The notes: generated by a model not told the origin, from the sequence alone. A DNA stretch of 64,000 nt from Candidatus Cloacimonadales bacterium (GCA_963667035.1 OY762964.1:2752001-2816000); one strand, 5' to 3'; counted from the first letter of the stretch, positions 1 through 10,920 are shown. Translations and numbers: made by a program.

Positions 1-369
1 ATAACTCCAGCTTTAGTTTTTGATATACCAACAGAAACTTTAGGTTTCCATATAAAAACAGAAATGCAGAGAATTGAAAAAGAAAACCAGGGAATTGAAG
101 CTAATCACTGGGAACCACTAATTCAGACTGATGTTAGTTACGGTAATCATTCTATTTCAGTTATTGCAGAAACAAATGTTGAGGAATTTGAGGATGCTAC
201 CGATAGCAGATATTTCCTTAATGCTGAGTTTAGAACAACAATCTATAATAATACTGATGTAGTGCTTTTCGCCGGTAGTGAAAAAGGTGGTAAAGTATGT
301 AGAAATGGTGTCTGCAAGACTAATAAACCTTTTGATGGTGTTAGACTAGAGTTGACAACCAGATTTTAA
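1..369 (+). CDS. 5'-truncated outer-membrane-type protein, probably DUF6029 family
   Basis: Frame is open from base 1 (ITPALVFDIP...). The C-terminus GSEKGGKVCRNGVC...FDGVRLELTTRF ends in Phe like a beta-barrel and resembles DUF6029 ends. Confidence 0.6.
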   Translation: MTPALVFDIPTETLGFHIKTEMQRIEKENQGIEANHWEPLIQTDVSYGNHSISVIAETNVEEFEDATDSRYFLNAEFRTTIYNNTDVVLFAGSEKGGKVCRNGVCKTNKPFDGVRLELTTRF

Positions 370-380
370 AGGAGCTTATA

Positions 381-1133
381 ATGAAAAAAACGATATTGTT
401 ACTTGTTTTTATTGCTGTATTTGCAATGCTTGCAGCAGAACTTGTGGTTGATATCCCATTCTCAACTGAACTTGTTGGGCCGGAACCACATGGCACCACT
501 AATTGGACTTCTGAATACTTTTCTATTACCAATACCGGTGGAGAAGGGATTTATCAGATAGATTTGGTACCGATTAATTTACCAACCGGTTGGGCAGCAA
601 TGTGGTGTAATGAAGGATTATCACCTTTAGTTGCTGATGGATGCCATCATTATGCTTCTCCAGCTTGGGAGTTCACATTCCCTGCCGGAGCAACTCTCAA
701 TCTTGATTTTCAAGCTAGTTATGATAGGACAGGATATTTCTATTTAAACTATGTTATTACTTCTAGCGAGCTAAATGAACCAATGAACTTACCATTCTTG
801 TTTAGAACAGAAGATGCTGTCGCTAATGATGAAGATACTCAACCTATTTTAAAACCAAGTCTGATTAACAATTATCCGAATCCATTCAATCCAACTACTA
901 CTATTAGCTATAATCTTACTAAAGACCAAGCTAGGAATGCTAAAATTGAGATATTCAATATTAGAGGTGAACTTGTACAAGTTTTTACTGGCCTAAAAGT
1001 TAATGAAAACAATGGTTCAGTAGTTTGGAATGGGGAAAATTTAAATGGAAGAATCTCTTCAACCGGAGTTTATTACTATAAACTATCAAGTGGTAAATAT
1101 ACCGAAACAAAGAAAATGTTGATGGTAAAATAA
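381..1133 (+). CDS. Secreted protein with FlgD-Ig/T9SS type A-like C-terminal sorting domain
   Basis: AAGGAG RBS, signal peptide, C-terminal NYPNPFNPTTTISY...WNG...GVYYYKL...KKMLMVK. Confidence 0.8.
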   Translation: MKKTILLLVFIAVFAMLAAELVVDIPFSTELVGPEPHGTTNWTSEYFSITNTGGEGIYQIDLVPINLPTGWAAMWCNEGLSPLVADGCHHYASPAWEFTFPAGATLNLDFQASYDRTGYFYLNYVITSSELNEPMNLPFLFRTEDAVANDEDTQPILKPSLINNYPNPFNPTTTISYNLTKDQARNAKIEIFNIRGELVQVFTGLKVNENNGSVVWNGENLNGRISSTGVYYYKLSSGKYTETKKMLMVK

Positions 1134-1150
1134 CAGATATTTTTAAGGTT

Positions 1151-1180
1151 AAGGGTTGAGTTATACTCAACCCTTTTTTA
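1151..1180 (+). terminator. Intrinsic terminator
   Basis: AAGGGTTGAGT-TAT-ACTCAACCCTT followed by a T-run, just after the 1133 stop. Confidence 0.75.
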
Positions 1181-1281
1181 TTTTGATTCCAGGCATAACT
1201 ACAAGATATCATTATATTCATTGCTTGACTATAAAACCATTAGATTAATGCTATGATTTAAGTGAGGAATGGAGTCGTATT

Positions 1282-2628
1282 TTGGTAATAGAACCCGAAG
1301 AAATATTCACAGTAAGTGAAATTAATAAGCATGTAAAAAATATTATAGAAGGTAATATCTCGAGCCTTTTTATTGAAGGAGAGATAGCAAACTATGTTCA
1401 TCATAGTTCAGGACATATCTATTTTAGCGTTAAAGATACAAGTAGCACACTAAAATGCGTATTCTTTCGTAATGCAAATCGATATCTCGATTTTTCCCCT
1501 AAAAACGGAGATAAAGTAATATTATCTGGAAAATTAACCGTGTATGAACCAAGTGGTCAATATCAATTCAATGTAATGAAAATGTTCTCATCAGGAACAG
1601 GGCTACTTCAATTGGAGTTTGAGAAACTAAAAGTAAAACTTATGACCGAAGGTTTATTTCAAGAAGAGCATAAAAAAGCGATTCCTAAGTATCCTGAAAA
1701 AATTGGAGTGGTAACTTCTCCTTCCGGAGCTGCCTTTCAAGATATATGCAATGTTCTTAAGCGTAGATTTCCCATAGAATTGTTTCTTTATCCTGCTTTA
1801 ACACAAGGAGAAATTGCTCCAGAGACATTGATAAAAGGAATAAGATACTTTAATGAATCTAAATCCGTAGATTTAATACTATTAGGGAGAGGTGGGGGTT
1901 CTCAAGAAGACTTATACTGCTTCAATGATGAAAGGCTTGCTAGGGAAATATATAAATCCAATATACCGATTATTGCAGGTATAGGTCATGAAATTGATTT
2001 TACAATTGCAGATTTTGTTTCTGATTTAAGAGCACCAACACCATCAGCAGCTGCCGAGTTAGCAGTTCCGGATAAAGAATCTCTAATTAGAAACCTTAAA
2101 GATCAGCAATCTAGAATTGATACTGTAATGAAGCGAGAAATCATGAAACTGAGAGTGCTTATAAGTGATTTAAGCCGAAGAACTGAAACACAAAGCCCTG
2201 CCAGAAGGCTCCAAACGCAGCAACAGAGATTAGATGAAGCAGTGCTAAAGCTTTCATATTTTGGAAAAAGAGTTACAAGTAAAAAGGAAAATATTGAATC
2301 AATTGGAAAGCACTTCAAATTGCTAGGATTAAAGGTAGTTGATGCTAGTCTAAAGAAACATGCTTATAGTCTATCAAATCTAAAACAAAGAATTATAAGA
2401 GAAAAGAATGAGATTGTTAAGAATAATCGTATAAAGTTATCCAAACTTGATTCTGAATTACTGTCTCTTTCTCCTCAAAAGGCTTTTGATAGAGGCTTTG
2501 CTATGATTCGTAGCAAGAATAAATTGATGAAATCAATAGATGAAATAAATGTTGGGGAGTCTGTGAGAGTTACATTAAGTGATGGAGAATTAAGTTGTAC
2601 TGTAGATAGTAAGAGTGAGAGGCAATGA
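1282..2628 (+). CDS. xseA: Exodeoxyribonuclease VII large subunit
   Basis: N-terminal OB fold (TVSEIN, SGHIYFS), IGVVTSPSGAAFQD, GRGGGS, GHEIDFTIADFVSDLRAPTPSAAAE, LSPQKAFDRGF. Confidence 0.95.
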   Translation: MVIEPEEIFTVSEINKHVKNIIEGNISSLFIEGEIANYVHHSSGHIYFSVKDTSSTLKCVFFRNANRYLDFSPKNGDKVILSGKLTVYEPSGQYQFNVMKMFSSGTGLLQLEFEKLKVKLMTEGLFQEEHKKAIPKYPEKIGVVTSPSGAAFQDICNVLKRRFPIELFLYPALTQGEIAPETLIKGIRYFNESKSVDLILLGRGGGSQEDLYCFNDERLAREIYKSNIPIIAGIGHEIDFTIADFVSDLRAPTPSAAAELAVPDKESLIRNLKDQQSRIDTVMKREIMKLRVLISDLSRRTETQSPARRLQTQQQRLDEAVLKLSYFGKRVTSKKENIESIGKHFKLLGLKVVDASLKKHAYSLSNLKQRIIREKNEIVKNNRIKLSKLDSELLSLSPQKAFDRGFAMIRSKNKLMKSIDEINVGESVRVTLSDGELSCTVDSKSERQ

Positions 2629-4106
2629 GATTTATTGTACAGATTGTATTTATTCTACTAAGTGTAATGGCAAGCTTAAATCTATATTGTCATGAAATTC
2701 GAGCAGTATGGGCAACTTCATGGGAAATTGATACTCCCGGCAAGATTGATAAATTAGTAGAAGATATGGTATCTAATAATCAGAATACTATTCTTGCTGA
2801 AATACGCTATAGAGCTGATGCTTTATATATACCTAATAAGTCCAATTGCGAATATACAAATCCTGATCCCAGAAGTTATATTCTTGATAATCTAACATTT
2901 GATGCACTGCAATACTTAATTGACTCTGTATCTGGTAAAGATATCTCACTACACGCTTGGCTTCCTGCATATGTAGCTGCACCTGTTGATTTAAGTCGAT
3001 TACCACAATCCCATATCTACTTCACTCATCCTGAATTGTTTACATGTAAGCAGAAAAAAGATTCTGACAATTGTATTAATGATGAAGGATACTTCTTAGA
3101 CCCGGGAAATCCGGAAGTGCTTGAATATCTTAAGAATGTTATTATGGATATTGTTTCAAACTATCCTCAGATTGATGGTGTACACTTAGATTACTTTAGA
3201 TATCCAGGCATAGATTTTGGTTATAATGAAGAAGCATACAAGGGCTGGTTAGATTATAATGAAAGGAAACCAAGCTCCAGTTTTTCAGAATGGAAACGAC
3301 TTCAATTAAACAAATCTTTGAAAGAAATACATAATCAATTATCCATAGTGGATTCTAACAAGGTTTTATCAGTTGCTGTTGTTTCGGATTATCAGAGAGC
3401 AATCACTGATTATTCACAAGATTGGCTTTATTGGCTTGAGAATGATTATATTGACTACGTTTACCCAATGGTTTACTCAACTAATACTATCATAGTATCA
3501 TCATTTTTAAGTAATAAGAATTATCTCGAATACAAAGACAAAGTGGTAATTGGTTTAAGAGCTTTTAACTCATATCCTAAACAAGATTATCCTCTGTTCA
3601 AAATCAAACAAAATATTAATGAAGTTAGGACTAACGGATATGTCGGCATCTCTTTATTTTCATATAGTGAGCTTTTACAGAAGTACTTTACTGACCTGAA
3701 AGAATCATACTATCAACAGGGAGCAATACAACCTATAATTCAACCTCATTCCAAAGATGAAGCAACAACCCAAGAGGTTGAAACAATACTTAAAACCAAA
3801 GAATTAACTCAAATCGATTCAACTGAAGTTGTTTGTGAAGATTTCACTATAAAACTTCAACAGAAAAACAACAAATTTGTTGTTATAATTGAAACAGATA
3901 CAAGTTGTCATATTGAGTGGAAAATAAAGTCAAAGAATGGCTTTACCTTATTCAACAGATTTAGATGGTATTCAAAAGGTAAGACCATTGAGAAATGGGA
4001 TGGACAACTTGATAACTCAGATTATTTGCAATCAGGAGATTACATTCTGACTGCATTTTCTGAATTACATCATAAATCAGTTATCAAAAGAATACGAGTT
4101 AAGTGA
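2625..4106 (+). CDS. Glycosyl hydrolase-like 10 (GHL10/DUF187) family protein with C-terminal FlgD-like domain
   Basis: EIRAVW, LHAW, LDPGNPEV, IDGVHLDYFRYP, QDW..W...YIDYVYPMVY; C-terminal WDG...LQSGDY. Confidence 0.8.
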   Translation: MRFIVQIVFILLSVMASLNLYCHEIRAVWATSWEIDTPGKIDKLVEDMVSNNQNTILAEIRYRADALYIPNKSNCEYTNPDPRSYILDNLTFDALQYLIDSVSGKDISLHAWLPAYVAAPVDLSRLPQSHIYFTHPELFTCKQKKDSDNCINDEGYFLDPGNPEVLEYLKNVIMDIVSNYPQIDGVHLDYFRYPGIDFGYNEEAYKGWLDYNERKPSSSFSEWKRLQLNKSLKEIHNQLSIVDSNKVLSVAVVSDYQRAITDYSQDWLYWLENDYIDYVYPMVYSTNTIIVSSFLSNKNYLEYKDKVVIGLRAFNSYPKQDYPLFKIKQNINEVRTNGYVGISLFSYSELLQKYFTDLKESYYQQGAIQPIIQPHSKDEATTQEVETILKTKELTQIDSTEVVCEDFTIKLQQKNNKFVVIIETDTSCHIEWKIKSKNGFTLFNRFRWYSKGKTIEKWDGQLDNSDYLQSGDYILTAFSELHHKSVIKRIRVK

Positions 4107-5298
4107 AGAAAGGTGCAATAACTCTATCTAAAACTCCATGCAACTTAGATATTGCAATCCCATAGTTTGTGATATTAACTCCTCTTCTTTCACACTCAAG
4201 TATTCGCCTTTTAACTTCCATTCGATTAGTCATACATGCTCCACAATGCATGACAAGGGCATAAGATTCTAAGTCCTCTGGGAAGTCATGACCGGCTGCT
4301 ATGTCGAATTGTATATCTTTACCTGTATATTGTCTAATCCATCTGGGAATTTTAACTCTACCGATATCGTCAGGCTGAACGTGATGTGAGCAGGATTCAG
4401 CAATCAAAACTTTATCACCATCTTTCAAATCGTCAATCTTCTTAGCTCCATCGATTAAGGTCTCGAAATTGCCTTTATATCTAGCAAAAAGAGTTGAAAA
4501 AGTAGTAAGTTTGACATCGCTTTCTAAATCACCTACCACCTTTAATACAACTTGTGAATCAGTAATTACAAGGTCAGGTTTAGCTTTTAAGGCTTGGATT
4601 GATTTTTCAAGCTCACGTTCTTTTACAATTAACCCCATAGCGTCACTATCAAGAACTTCTCTAAGTACTTGAACTTGAGGAAGAATAAGTCTTCCTTTAG
4701 GAGCTGCCAGATCAATTGGAACCACAAGCAGTACTGTTTGTCCGGGACGAATCAAATCACTAACAAGGACTTGTTCATTAAGCATATCAGAAGGAGCAAG
4801 AAACATAAGTTTTTCCTTAAGCATCCTTATTCCACTAACAGTACTACTGGACACAGAGATATGATTGATTTTGTTATCTTTACAGTATTCCTTTGTTTGA
4901 TTAGGTAAAGTATGAATATCAGACTTGTTAAAAACTACAATATAGGGTATTTTTAACTCGGTTATGTCATTAATAATCTTTTGTAAGTCTTTATCAACTT
5001 CCTGTGATTCAGTAACAATGATTGCAATATCTGTTCGAAACAAGATTCTCCTAGTTCTCTTAACCCTTTCTTCTCCAAGCTTTCCTTCATCATCAATACC
5101 TGCTGTATCATAAATCGTCACAGGACCCAATGGAAGTAATTCGTATGATTTTGCAACAGGATCTGTAGTTGTTCCCGGAGTATCTGAGACTATTGAAATG
5201 TCCTGTCCAACCAGTGCATTGATTAAAGAGGACTTGCCTGCATTTCTTTTCCCTATTAATGTGATAACAATACGCTCACCACGTGGTATCTTAGCCAT
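4099..5298 (-). CDS. hydF: [FeFe]-hydrogenase H-cluster maturation GTPase HydF
   Basis: GKRNAGKSS, PGTTTDPV, DTAG, NKSD GTPase motifs; APKGRLILPQVQ; Fe-S ligands ESCSHH...HCGAC. Confidence 0.95.
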   Translation of the reverse strand: MAKIPRGERIVITLIGKRNAGKSSLINALVGQDISIVSDTPGTTTDPVAKSYELLPLGPVTIYDTAGIDDEGKLGEERVKRTRRILFRTDIAIIVTESQEVDKDLQKIINDITELKIPYIVVFNKSDIHTLPNQTKEYCKDNKINHISVSSSTVSGIRMLKEKLMFLAPSDMLNEQVLVSDLIRPGQTVLLVVPIDLAAPKGRLILPQVQVLREVLDSDAMGLIVKERELEKSIQALKAKPDLVITDSQVVLKVVGDLESDVKLTTFSTLFARYKGNFETLIDGAKKIDDLKDGDKVLIAESCSHHVQPDDIGRVKIPRWIRQYTGKDIQFDIAAGHDFPEDLESYALVMHCGACMTNRMEVKRRILECERRGVNITNYGIAISKLHGVLDRVIAPFFT

Positions 5299-5308
5299 TA
5301 TTTATCCT

Positions 5309-6709
5309 TTAAAAACCTAATTTGTACATTCTACCCGGTTCAAACAACTTATCAAGTTCATCTTGAGTGAGTATATTCTTCTCAATTATCAACTCTGTGA
5401 AATCAATACTTCTTTTCTTTGACTCAATAAGTAATTCTTCTACTTTTTTGTATCCCAATTCCGGTACTAATATCGTTGCCATAATTGATCCATTTCGTAA
5501 ATGATTCTCACAATTGATAGCATTTGCTTTAATACCACTAATACAATAATCAGAGAAGATGTTACAACAATTATTAAGAATCTCTGCCGATTCAAGAATC
5601 GAATAGGTTATAAGTGGCAATAGATGATTTAACTCTAAGTTTCCAAGGGCAGCAGCTGTAGATATTATGGAATCATTGCCCATAACTTTTAAAGAAACTT
5701 GTACTACCATTTCAGGAATTACAGGATTTACTTTAGTTGGCATTATTGATGATCCAGCTTGTCTAGGAGGTAACTCAAGCTCTCCCAGACCTCCTTTCGG
5801 ACCCGAAGCCATTATCCTAAGGTCATTAGCAATTTTCATAAGATTTACCGCTAATGCTTTTAACATACCTGAAACTTCTACAAAAGCATCAAGATTCTGC
5901 GTAGTTTCAATCGGGTTTTCACTTCTTGCAATAGTTAACCCGGTTATTTCTTTAAGAGTCTCAACTACTTTAAAAATGTATTCTCTCGGAGCTCCCAAAC
6001 CTGTTCCGATAGCGGTTCCTCCGAGATTTAAAACTTTAATCCTTTCTCTACATTTAAAGACTCTCCATCTGTCTCTAGCCAAGGCTTCAGAATATGCACT
6101 GAATTCTTGCCCCAAAGTCATTGGTACAGCATCTTGAAGTTGAGTTCTTCCAAGCTTCACAATATGATGGAACTCTTGTTCTTTTTCCTGTAAGACTTCT
6201 TGAAGTTTACCGGTAGATAGCTCAAGCTCTTTAAGCATATAAAGCAGTGCTATTTTAGTAGCAGTTGGGAATACATCGTTAGTTGATTGATGCATGTTTA
6301 CATCATGTAATGGATTAACTATTGAATAATCACCTTGCTTTTCTGAAAGGTACTTAATAGCTAAATTTGCTATTACTTCATTCATATTCATATTTAATGA
6401 AGTTCCTGCCCCCCCTTGTAAAGCATCAAGAGTGAACTGTTCTTTATACCTACCTTCGATAATCTCCAAACATGCATAGGAAATTGCTTCATACTTTTCT
6501 TCATCCAGAAAGCCTAATCTATAATTAGTCATAGCTGAAGCCAGTTTAACTTCTGCCATAGACTTATAAAATACTCCAGGAAATCTAAGATTAGAAACTG
6601 CAAAATTCTCAATCGCTCTTTCTGTATTTATTCCCCAAAAACTACCTTTTGATATATATTTCTCACCTAAGGTATCTTCTTCTTTACGCATATTTATAAC
6701 CTTTATCAT
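5309..6709 (-). CDS. aspA: Aspartate ammonia-lyase (fumarase/aspartase family)
   Basis: QGGAGTSLNMN, HQSTNDVFPT, GRTQLQDAVP, GSSIMPTKVNP signature. The real start may be the Met at 6691. Confidence 0.85.
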   Translation of the reverse strand: MIKVINMRKEEDTLGEKYISKGSFWGINTERAIENFAVSNLRFPGVFYKSMAEVKLASAMTNYRLGFLDEEKYEAISYACLEIIEGRYKEQFTLDALQGGAGTSLNMNMNEVIANLAIKYLSEKQGDYSIVNPLHDVNMHQSTNDVFPTATKIALLYMLKELELSTGKLQEVLQEKEQEFHHIVKLGRTQLQDAVPMTLGQEFSAYSEALARDRWRVFKCRERIKVLNLGGTAIGTGLGAPREYIFKVVETLKEITGLTIARSENPIETTQNLDAFVEVSGMLKALAVNLMKIANDLRIMASGPKGGLGELELPPRQAGSSIMPTKVNPVIPEMVVQVSLKVMGNDSIISTAAALGNLELNHLLPLITYSILESAEILNNCCNIFSDYCISGIKANAINCENHLRNGSIMATILVPELGYKKVEELLIESKKRSIDFTELIIEKNILTQDELDKLFEPGRMYKLGF

Positions 6710-6811
6710 TGATAATTACATTTTATTTGCTAATCAATCTCTAACAATATTTTTCTGCTATTTTTTAACTATAAAAGTATCATGATGAATAGATAGTCCC
6801 ACAATGATAAT

Positions 6812-9800
6812 CTATGGTGAAATCACGACTCTTTTAATCAGATAGAATTTTCTATTGTTGATAATAGGATTAACTATATAGTTATCAGTAGTATATTGAT
6901 AGAAGTTAAACTCTTCATAAGGGTTATCACTTGAGTATATTAAGTAATAATCACAAGCAGGATTGCCATTCCAATTCAATTGTAAATTATTAGAATCGAT
7001 TGTAATTAACGGATTATCTATATAATCAAGTTCATTATCAGTAACAACAATATAGTCGAGTAAAGTAAGGGTGTCGCTCCAAGCATCCTTCTCTAAACGC
7101 AGAATCACATCATAACTCCCAGCCACTAAATAAGTATATTCCGGATTGTTTCCTTCTGCATCCCAAATATTGTCACCATCAAAATCCCATTGTATTCGAT
7201 CTGGAACTCCTCCTGATTCATTTATAAATGGAATCCTTAATGGTGCATCCCCAGTAAGATATTGAGCAGAGAAGCTTATGGGATGATGATAATATATAGC
7301 ACCCATATCAGGTATCGTATCATCCGGATCAAGATTATCGTAAACATATCCTGCATCAATACAAGGAGAACCTTCACTCAGAGAATAATTATACTCATTC
7401 GGATTAACAAACATAGGATTAACATCTATGTTCCCATTTCCCGAGTATCCTCCTTGAACATTACTATATTCAATTGTAATATTTGATCCACTACTACTTA
7501 TAGTTCCATTCAATTCTCTTATTATACTGTTTCTAATAAAAAGCTCGGAATTGATTACATTGAAGTTTGCCAAACCATTTCCGTAAAAAGTAAGGTTATC
7601 AATTATCGAGTTAACACCTTCCATGTATAAACCTTCATCGGCAGTTGATGAGCTATTATAAGCAATAACCACTCTATCAATGTCCTGTTCACCGTAATAA
7701 CTATTCAATCCATTATCAGGGCAATTGATAATCATACAGTTAGAGATAGACACAACTGCTGTAGAATCAATCCATATCCCTGAATTCGAGTTTTCTAATA
7801 TACAATATGAGAGTATGTTCCCAATTATCGCTGAATCTCTATAGAAAGTAATATCAACCCAGTCTCCCTCACTATCTGAATCAGTATTATATCCACTGAA
7901 TACTATTGGATTATCTTCAGATCCCTCAGCAGATAAGTTACCATTATCATGAATAAATATTCCTACGTCATCATTTATTCTAATCTCAACACCGGGTTCA
8001 ATATTCAAAGAATTGTTAACAAAAAGATATTTATAGATGTAATAAGGACTATTGGCTACTGTCCAAGTTTCATTTGTAATGACACTTAGCTCTCTGATAT
8101 TTGATAGCATCGAGATAGTTCTTACTAAAGTTCCACTAACACCTGTAATGTTTGAGATTTCTATTGAATATGGAATCCCGTTAGGAATATCTTCCGACAG
8201 AGTAAGAATAATGTCATTTCCAAGAACATTGATTGCTGACACAGGAATCGAGGACGTGTCATTATCCCTTTGACGTACTGTATAGGAACCTGAATATGCT
8301 GAATTATCAGGATTAAAATCTTCAAGATGCAAAGTTATCTCATTATCAAATGTCTGTTCGGCTTTCAATGTTGCTACATTCTTATGAAGAGAAAGAATGG
8401 GGTCTCCTAAAAGGATAAGTTCAAAGTATGTCTGACGCATTGTTCCTACAGTACTAACAAGATCAAGAATGTCTTCCTTTGAATCTGTGTTTGCTCTACC
8501 AATCTCTTCAATACCTTCATAAACTACAGCATCAAAAAACTCTCTGTTGTAAAACTGACTCGGTCCTTGATTGTAAAAGCTACTATAGAATCCGTAGTTA
8601 GTATTTCCAATATAGGCGAAAGCCCCATGAGGATACTTAATCAGAACTTCTCCTATAGCACTAACACCAGCAATATTGGCAGTCCCACAAGCCTGTGTGT
8701 AGATGAAGCAATAATTATCATTTATTAATAGGGTATCAACATCAGATTCGTATATATCCATAACATAAGCACTTCTTCCATGGCCAATATGTGATATTAT
8801 ATTCACACCATTATTGATTAGATTAGTCACCGTTGCTTTACTAAAATTACTCTCTCTTTCATATAGTTTTGTAATGTAAAAATCGTCCAGATAAGTTCCA
8901 ATCTCATTTTGATGACTACTACCCCATATACCGCTTCCGAGATATTCTCCAACTAATCCTACACGTTTTAGATAATTAGCTTCAATAAGACTATTCTCAT
9001 AGTCAATAGTTTTGGAAATCCAATTCTGAAGATAGGTAATACTATCGCAAGAAGCTCTTCCAATAGATAGTTCAGATAGATAATCAGCTTCATCTCCTGC
9101 CATCCCTCCGGCTTCATTATGGATAGAATAATCTCCTTCTCCGAACAGATTGTCTTGATCATTATCCCAATCACCATCAAGTGAAGAATAATAGTGATCA
9201 CTTATCACAGAATTATTATACCATGATGAGTTGTAATATGCTGTAACTTTCATATATCTTTCAGGAATTTGCACTCTATCACCTCCTAATAGTACATATT
9301 GAAGAGGTTCATCTGTACTGGACCAAGTACTGTAAGCGTCGATAATGAAATTTCTTAACTTTTCAGCATTATCCCTACCTGAATAGTTGGAATAAATATC
9401 CGTAGTTACAAACAATCCTACATTTACTCCCATTCCGGTTTTATGGTTGATAAACTCGGTCCATTCATTGCTATAACCTAACGATGATATAATTATGTAC
9501 TCATAAGGGTTTGAGGGGGAGACCAACGAAGTTCTTGGGTTATAAGAAATATTGTCGCGATTAAAATAACTACGTATAACTTCCGGATTAGCCAAGTCCA
9601 TTGAAGCTATGATATTCTGAAGGAAGTTTGGCTTTAATAGCTTCATGCTTTGTTTATTTGCTAATTCTTCATCATAGTTTGTAATAACATTTAGCGATAA
9701 TGATTTATTGATTATTACTTTGTTTTCAATAGGACTATATTGAAATGGGAATAATCTAACAATTGCAATATCTACACCATTTTTCCTATGAACTCCTACT

Positions 9801-10162
9801 ATTTCATAAGGTTTTGCAGGATAGATCTTGTTACTAGAATAGATTTCATTGTTAATTGTATAAGAAATCTGTCCATCGGTGTAAGGGATGTTAGGTTGTA
9901 TAGAGGGAATTTTAAAGGGGATACTAATAGAATCACTAGTCGCTGTATAATCACATTTGCTTATCATGTTACCATAAGGGATTACAATCATTCTGGAGAC
10001 AAAAGGAAGAGCCGGGCTACCAATATCTTCTCGATATTTACAATTCTCTTGAATATCCCTTAAGTCATTTACAGAAAAGTGATTTAAATCAATATCCAAT
10101 TGTATGCCGGAAAGTAAAAGAGTAAGAGAGATTAGACAATGGATTAATATCAGCTTTTTCAT
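6812..10162 (-). CDS. Peptidase C25 (gingipain-like) with propeptide, beta-helix-like region and PKD domain
   Basis: Signal peptide; YVLLGGD, SDHYY, IGRA, catalytic HIGHG and QAC, LLGDP; SPCIDAG..DMGA; WDFDGD...PEYTY..AGSYDV (PKD). Confidence 0.85.
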   Translation of the reverse strand: MKKLILIHCLISLTLLLSGIQLDIDLNHFSVNDLRDIQENCKYREDIGSPALPFVSRMIVIPYGNMISKCDYTATSDSISIPFKIPSIQPNIPYTDGQISYTINNEIYSSNKIYPAKPYEIVGVHRKNGVDIAIVRLFPFQYSPIENKVIINKSLSLNVITNYDEELANKQSMKLLKPNFLQNIIASMDLANPEVIRSYFNRDNISYNPRTSLVSPSNPYEYIIISSLGYSNEWTEFINHKTGMGVNVGLFVTTDIYSNYSGRDNAEKLRNFIIDAYSTWSSTDEPLQYVLLGGDRVQIPERYMKVTAYYNSSWYNNSVISDHYYSSLDGDWDNDQDNLFGEGDYSIHNEAGGMAGDEADYLSELSIGRASCDSITYLQNWISKTIDYENSLIEANYLKRVGLVGEYLGSGIWGSSHQNEIGTYLDDFYITKLYERESNFSKATVTNLINNGVNIISHIGHGRSAYVMDIYESDVDTLLINDNYCFIYTQACGTANIAGVSAIGEVLIKYPHGAFAYIGNTNYGFYSSFYNQGPSQFYNREFFDAVVYEGIEEIGRANTDSKEDILDLVSTVGTMRQTYFELILLGDPILSLHKNVATLKAEQTFDNEITLHLEDFNPDNSAYSGSYTVRQRDNDTSSIPVSAINVLGNDIILTLSEDIPNGIPYSIEISNITGVSGTLVRTISMLSNIRELSVITNETWTVANSPYYIYKYLFVNNSLNIEPGVEIRINDDVGIFIHDNGNLSAEGSEDNPIVFSGYNTDSDSEGDWVDITFYRDSAIIGNILSYCILENSNSGIWIDSTAVVSISNCMIINCPDNGLNSYYGEQDIDRVVIAYNSSSTADEGLYMEGVNSIIDNLTFYGNGLANFNVINSELFIRNSIIRELNGTISSSGSNITIEYSNVQGGYSGNGNIDVNPMFVNPNEYNYSLSEGSPCIDAGYVYDNLDPDDTIPDMGAIYYHHPISFSAQYLTGDAPLRIPFINESGGVPDRIQWDFDGDNIWDAEGNNPEYTYLVAGSYDVILRLEKDAWSDTLTLLDYIVVTDNELDYIDNPLITIDSNNLQLNWNGNPACDYYLIYSSDNPYEEFNFYQYTTDNYIVNPIINNRKFYLIKRVVISP

Positions 10163-10225
10163 ACTACCATCCTTTTGGATATAACAATATGATAGAGAAT
10201 ATTATGCGTCAAGAAAAAGAGGGAT

Positions 10226-10264
10226 AAATAATAAAATCCTCACCCCCGGGGATGGAGATGAGGA
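10226..10264 (-). terminator. Intrinsic terminator on the minus strand
   Basis: Minus strand UCCUCAUCUCC...GGGGGUGAGGA pairs fully with G-U wobbles (mismatches on the plus strand) and is followed by UUUUAUUAUUU. Confidence 0.6.
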
Positions 10265-10674
10265 CTTTAGGAAAGAAAGAACAGCCAGAATGACTGTTAC
10301 AAGGAGGGAAGCGGGTATTTTGGGGTAAAATTTGCGAGGATTACCCTAAATTTATTTTGAAACTTAAAAAACTTAAATCGAAAAGCAATAATGCCTCCTC
10401 TAGTTTCCGGACAATAGAAGGACATTACGCCAAAAAACGAATCATCACCCTTAATTTGTTTTTCCGATAGGGTAAATCGGTACACGATATCATCACTTAT
10501 GCACATTAATTCTGAGGTATAGGGAACCTCATCTATATGGTTTCGTAAAAAACTTTGGTAGCTAATAAGGAATAAACACTTATAATCAATGTATTACATC
10601 TCTAAAGATAATACATCTTTAAAGCACACAAAAAAACAGGGTGCTTAAATCAACACTGAGACCTTAAAGAAATC

Positions 10675-10845
10675 TTACAGAAGTACAAGAGTACAACTAT
10701 CTGAGATAGCTGATGGGAAAAAATCTATTTCGTCGGCATTTAAACGATCGTCTCTAACAAAAAGCAGTTGATTATCCTGCTTACTCCCACAGTCAGATTC
10801 GGTCCAGAATTCAGTATTAAGTTTTTTTACTTCTGCATTTCTCAT
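10675..10845 (-). CDS. Putative 56-aa small protein, below the ORF-track cutoff
   Basis: AAGGAAG-N7-ATG; reads MRNAEVKKLNTEFWTESDCGSKQDNQLLFVRDDRLNADEIDFFPSAISDSCTLVLL*. Lies downstream of the 77-aa ORF on the same strand. Confidence 0.4.
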   Translation of the reverse strand: MRNAEVKKLNTEFWTESDCGSKQDNQLLFVRDDRLNADEIDFFPSAISDSCTLVLL

Positions 10846-10920
10846 TTTACACTTCCTTTAGCTTAAAAATCTTGATTTACGAAACTTCATAAGATGTGCT
10901 ATTTAAGTGATTCTATGGAA

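Noticed and set aside
1282..2628. xseA without xseB (also ybaB-recR without dnaX, and a lone mtnA)
   Set aside because: Separation of these genes is common, and one window cannot show absence from the genome.
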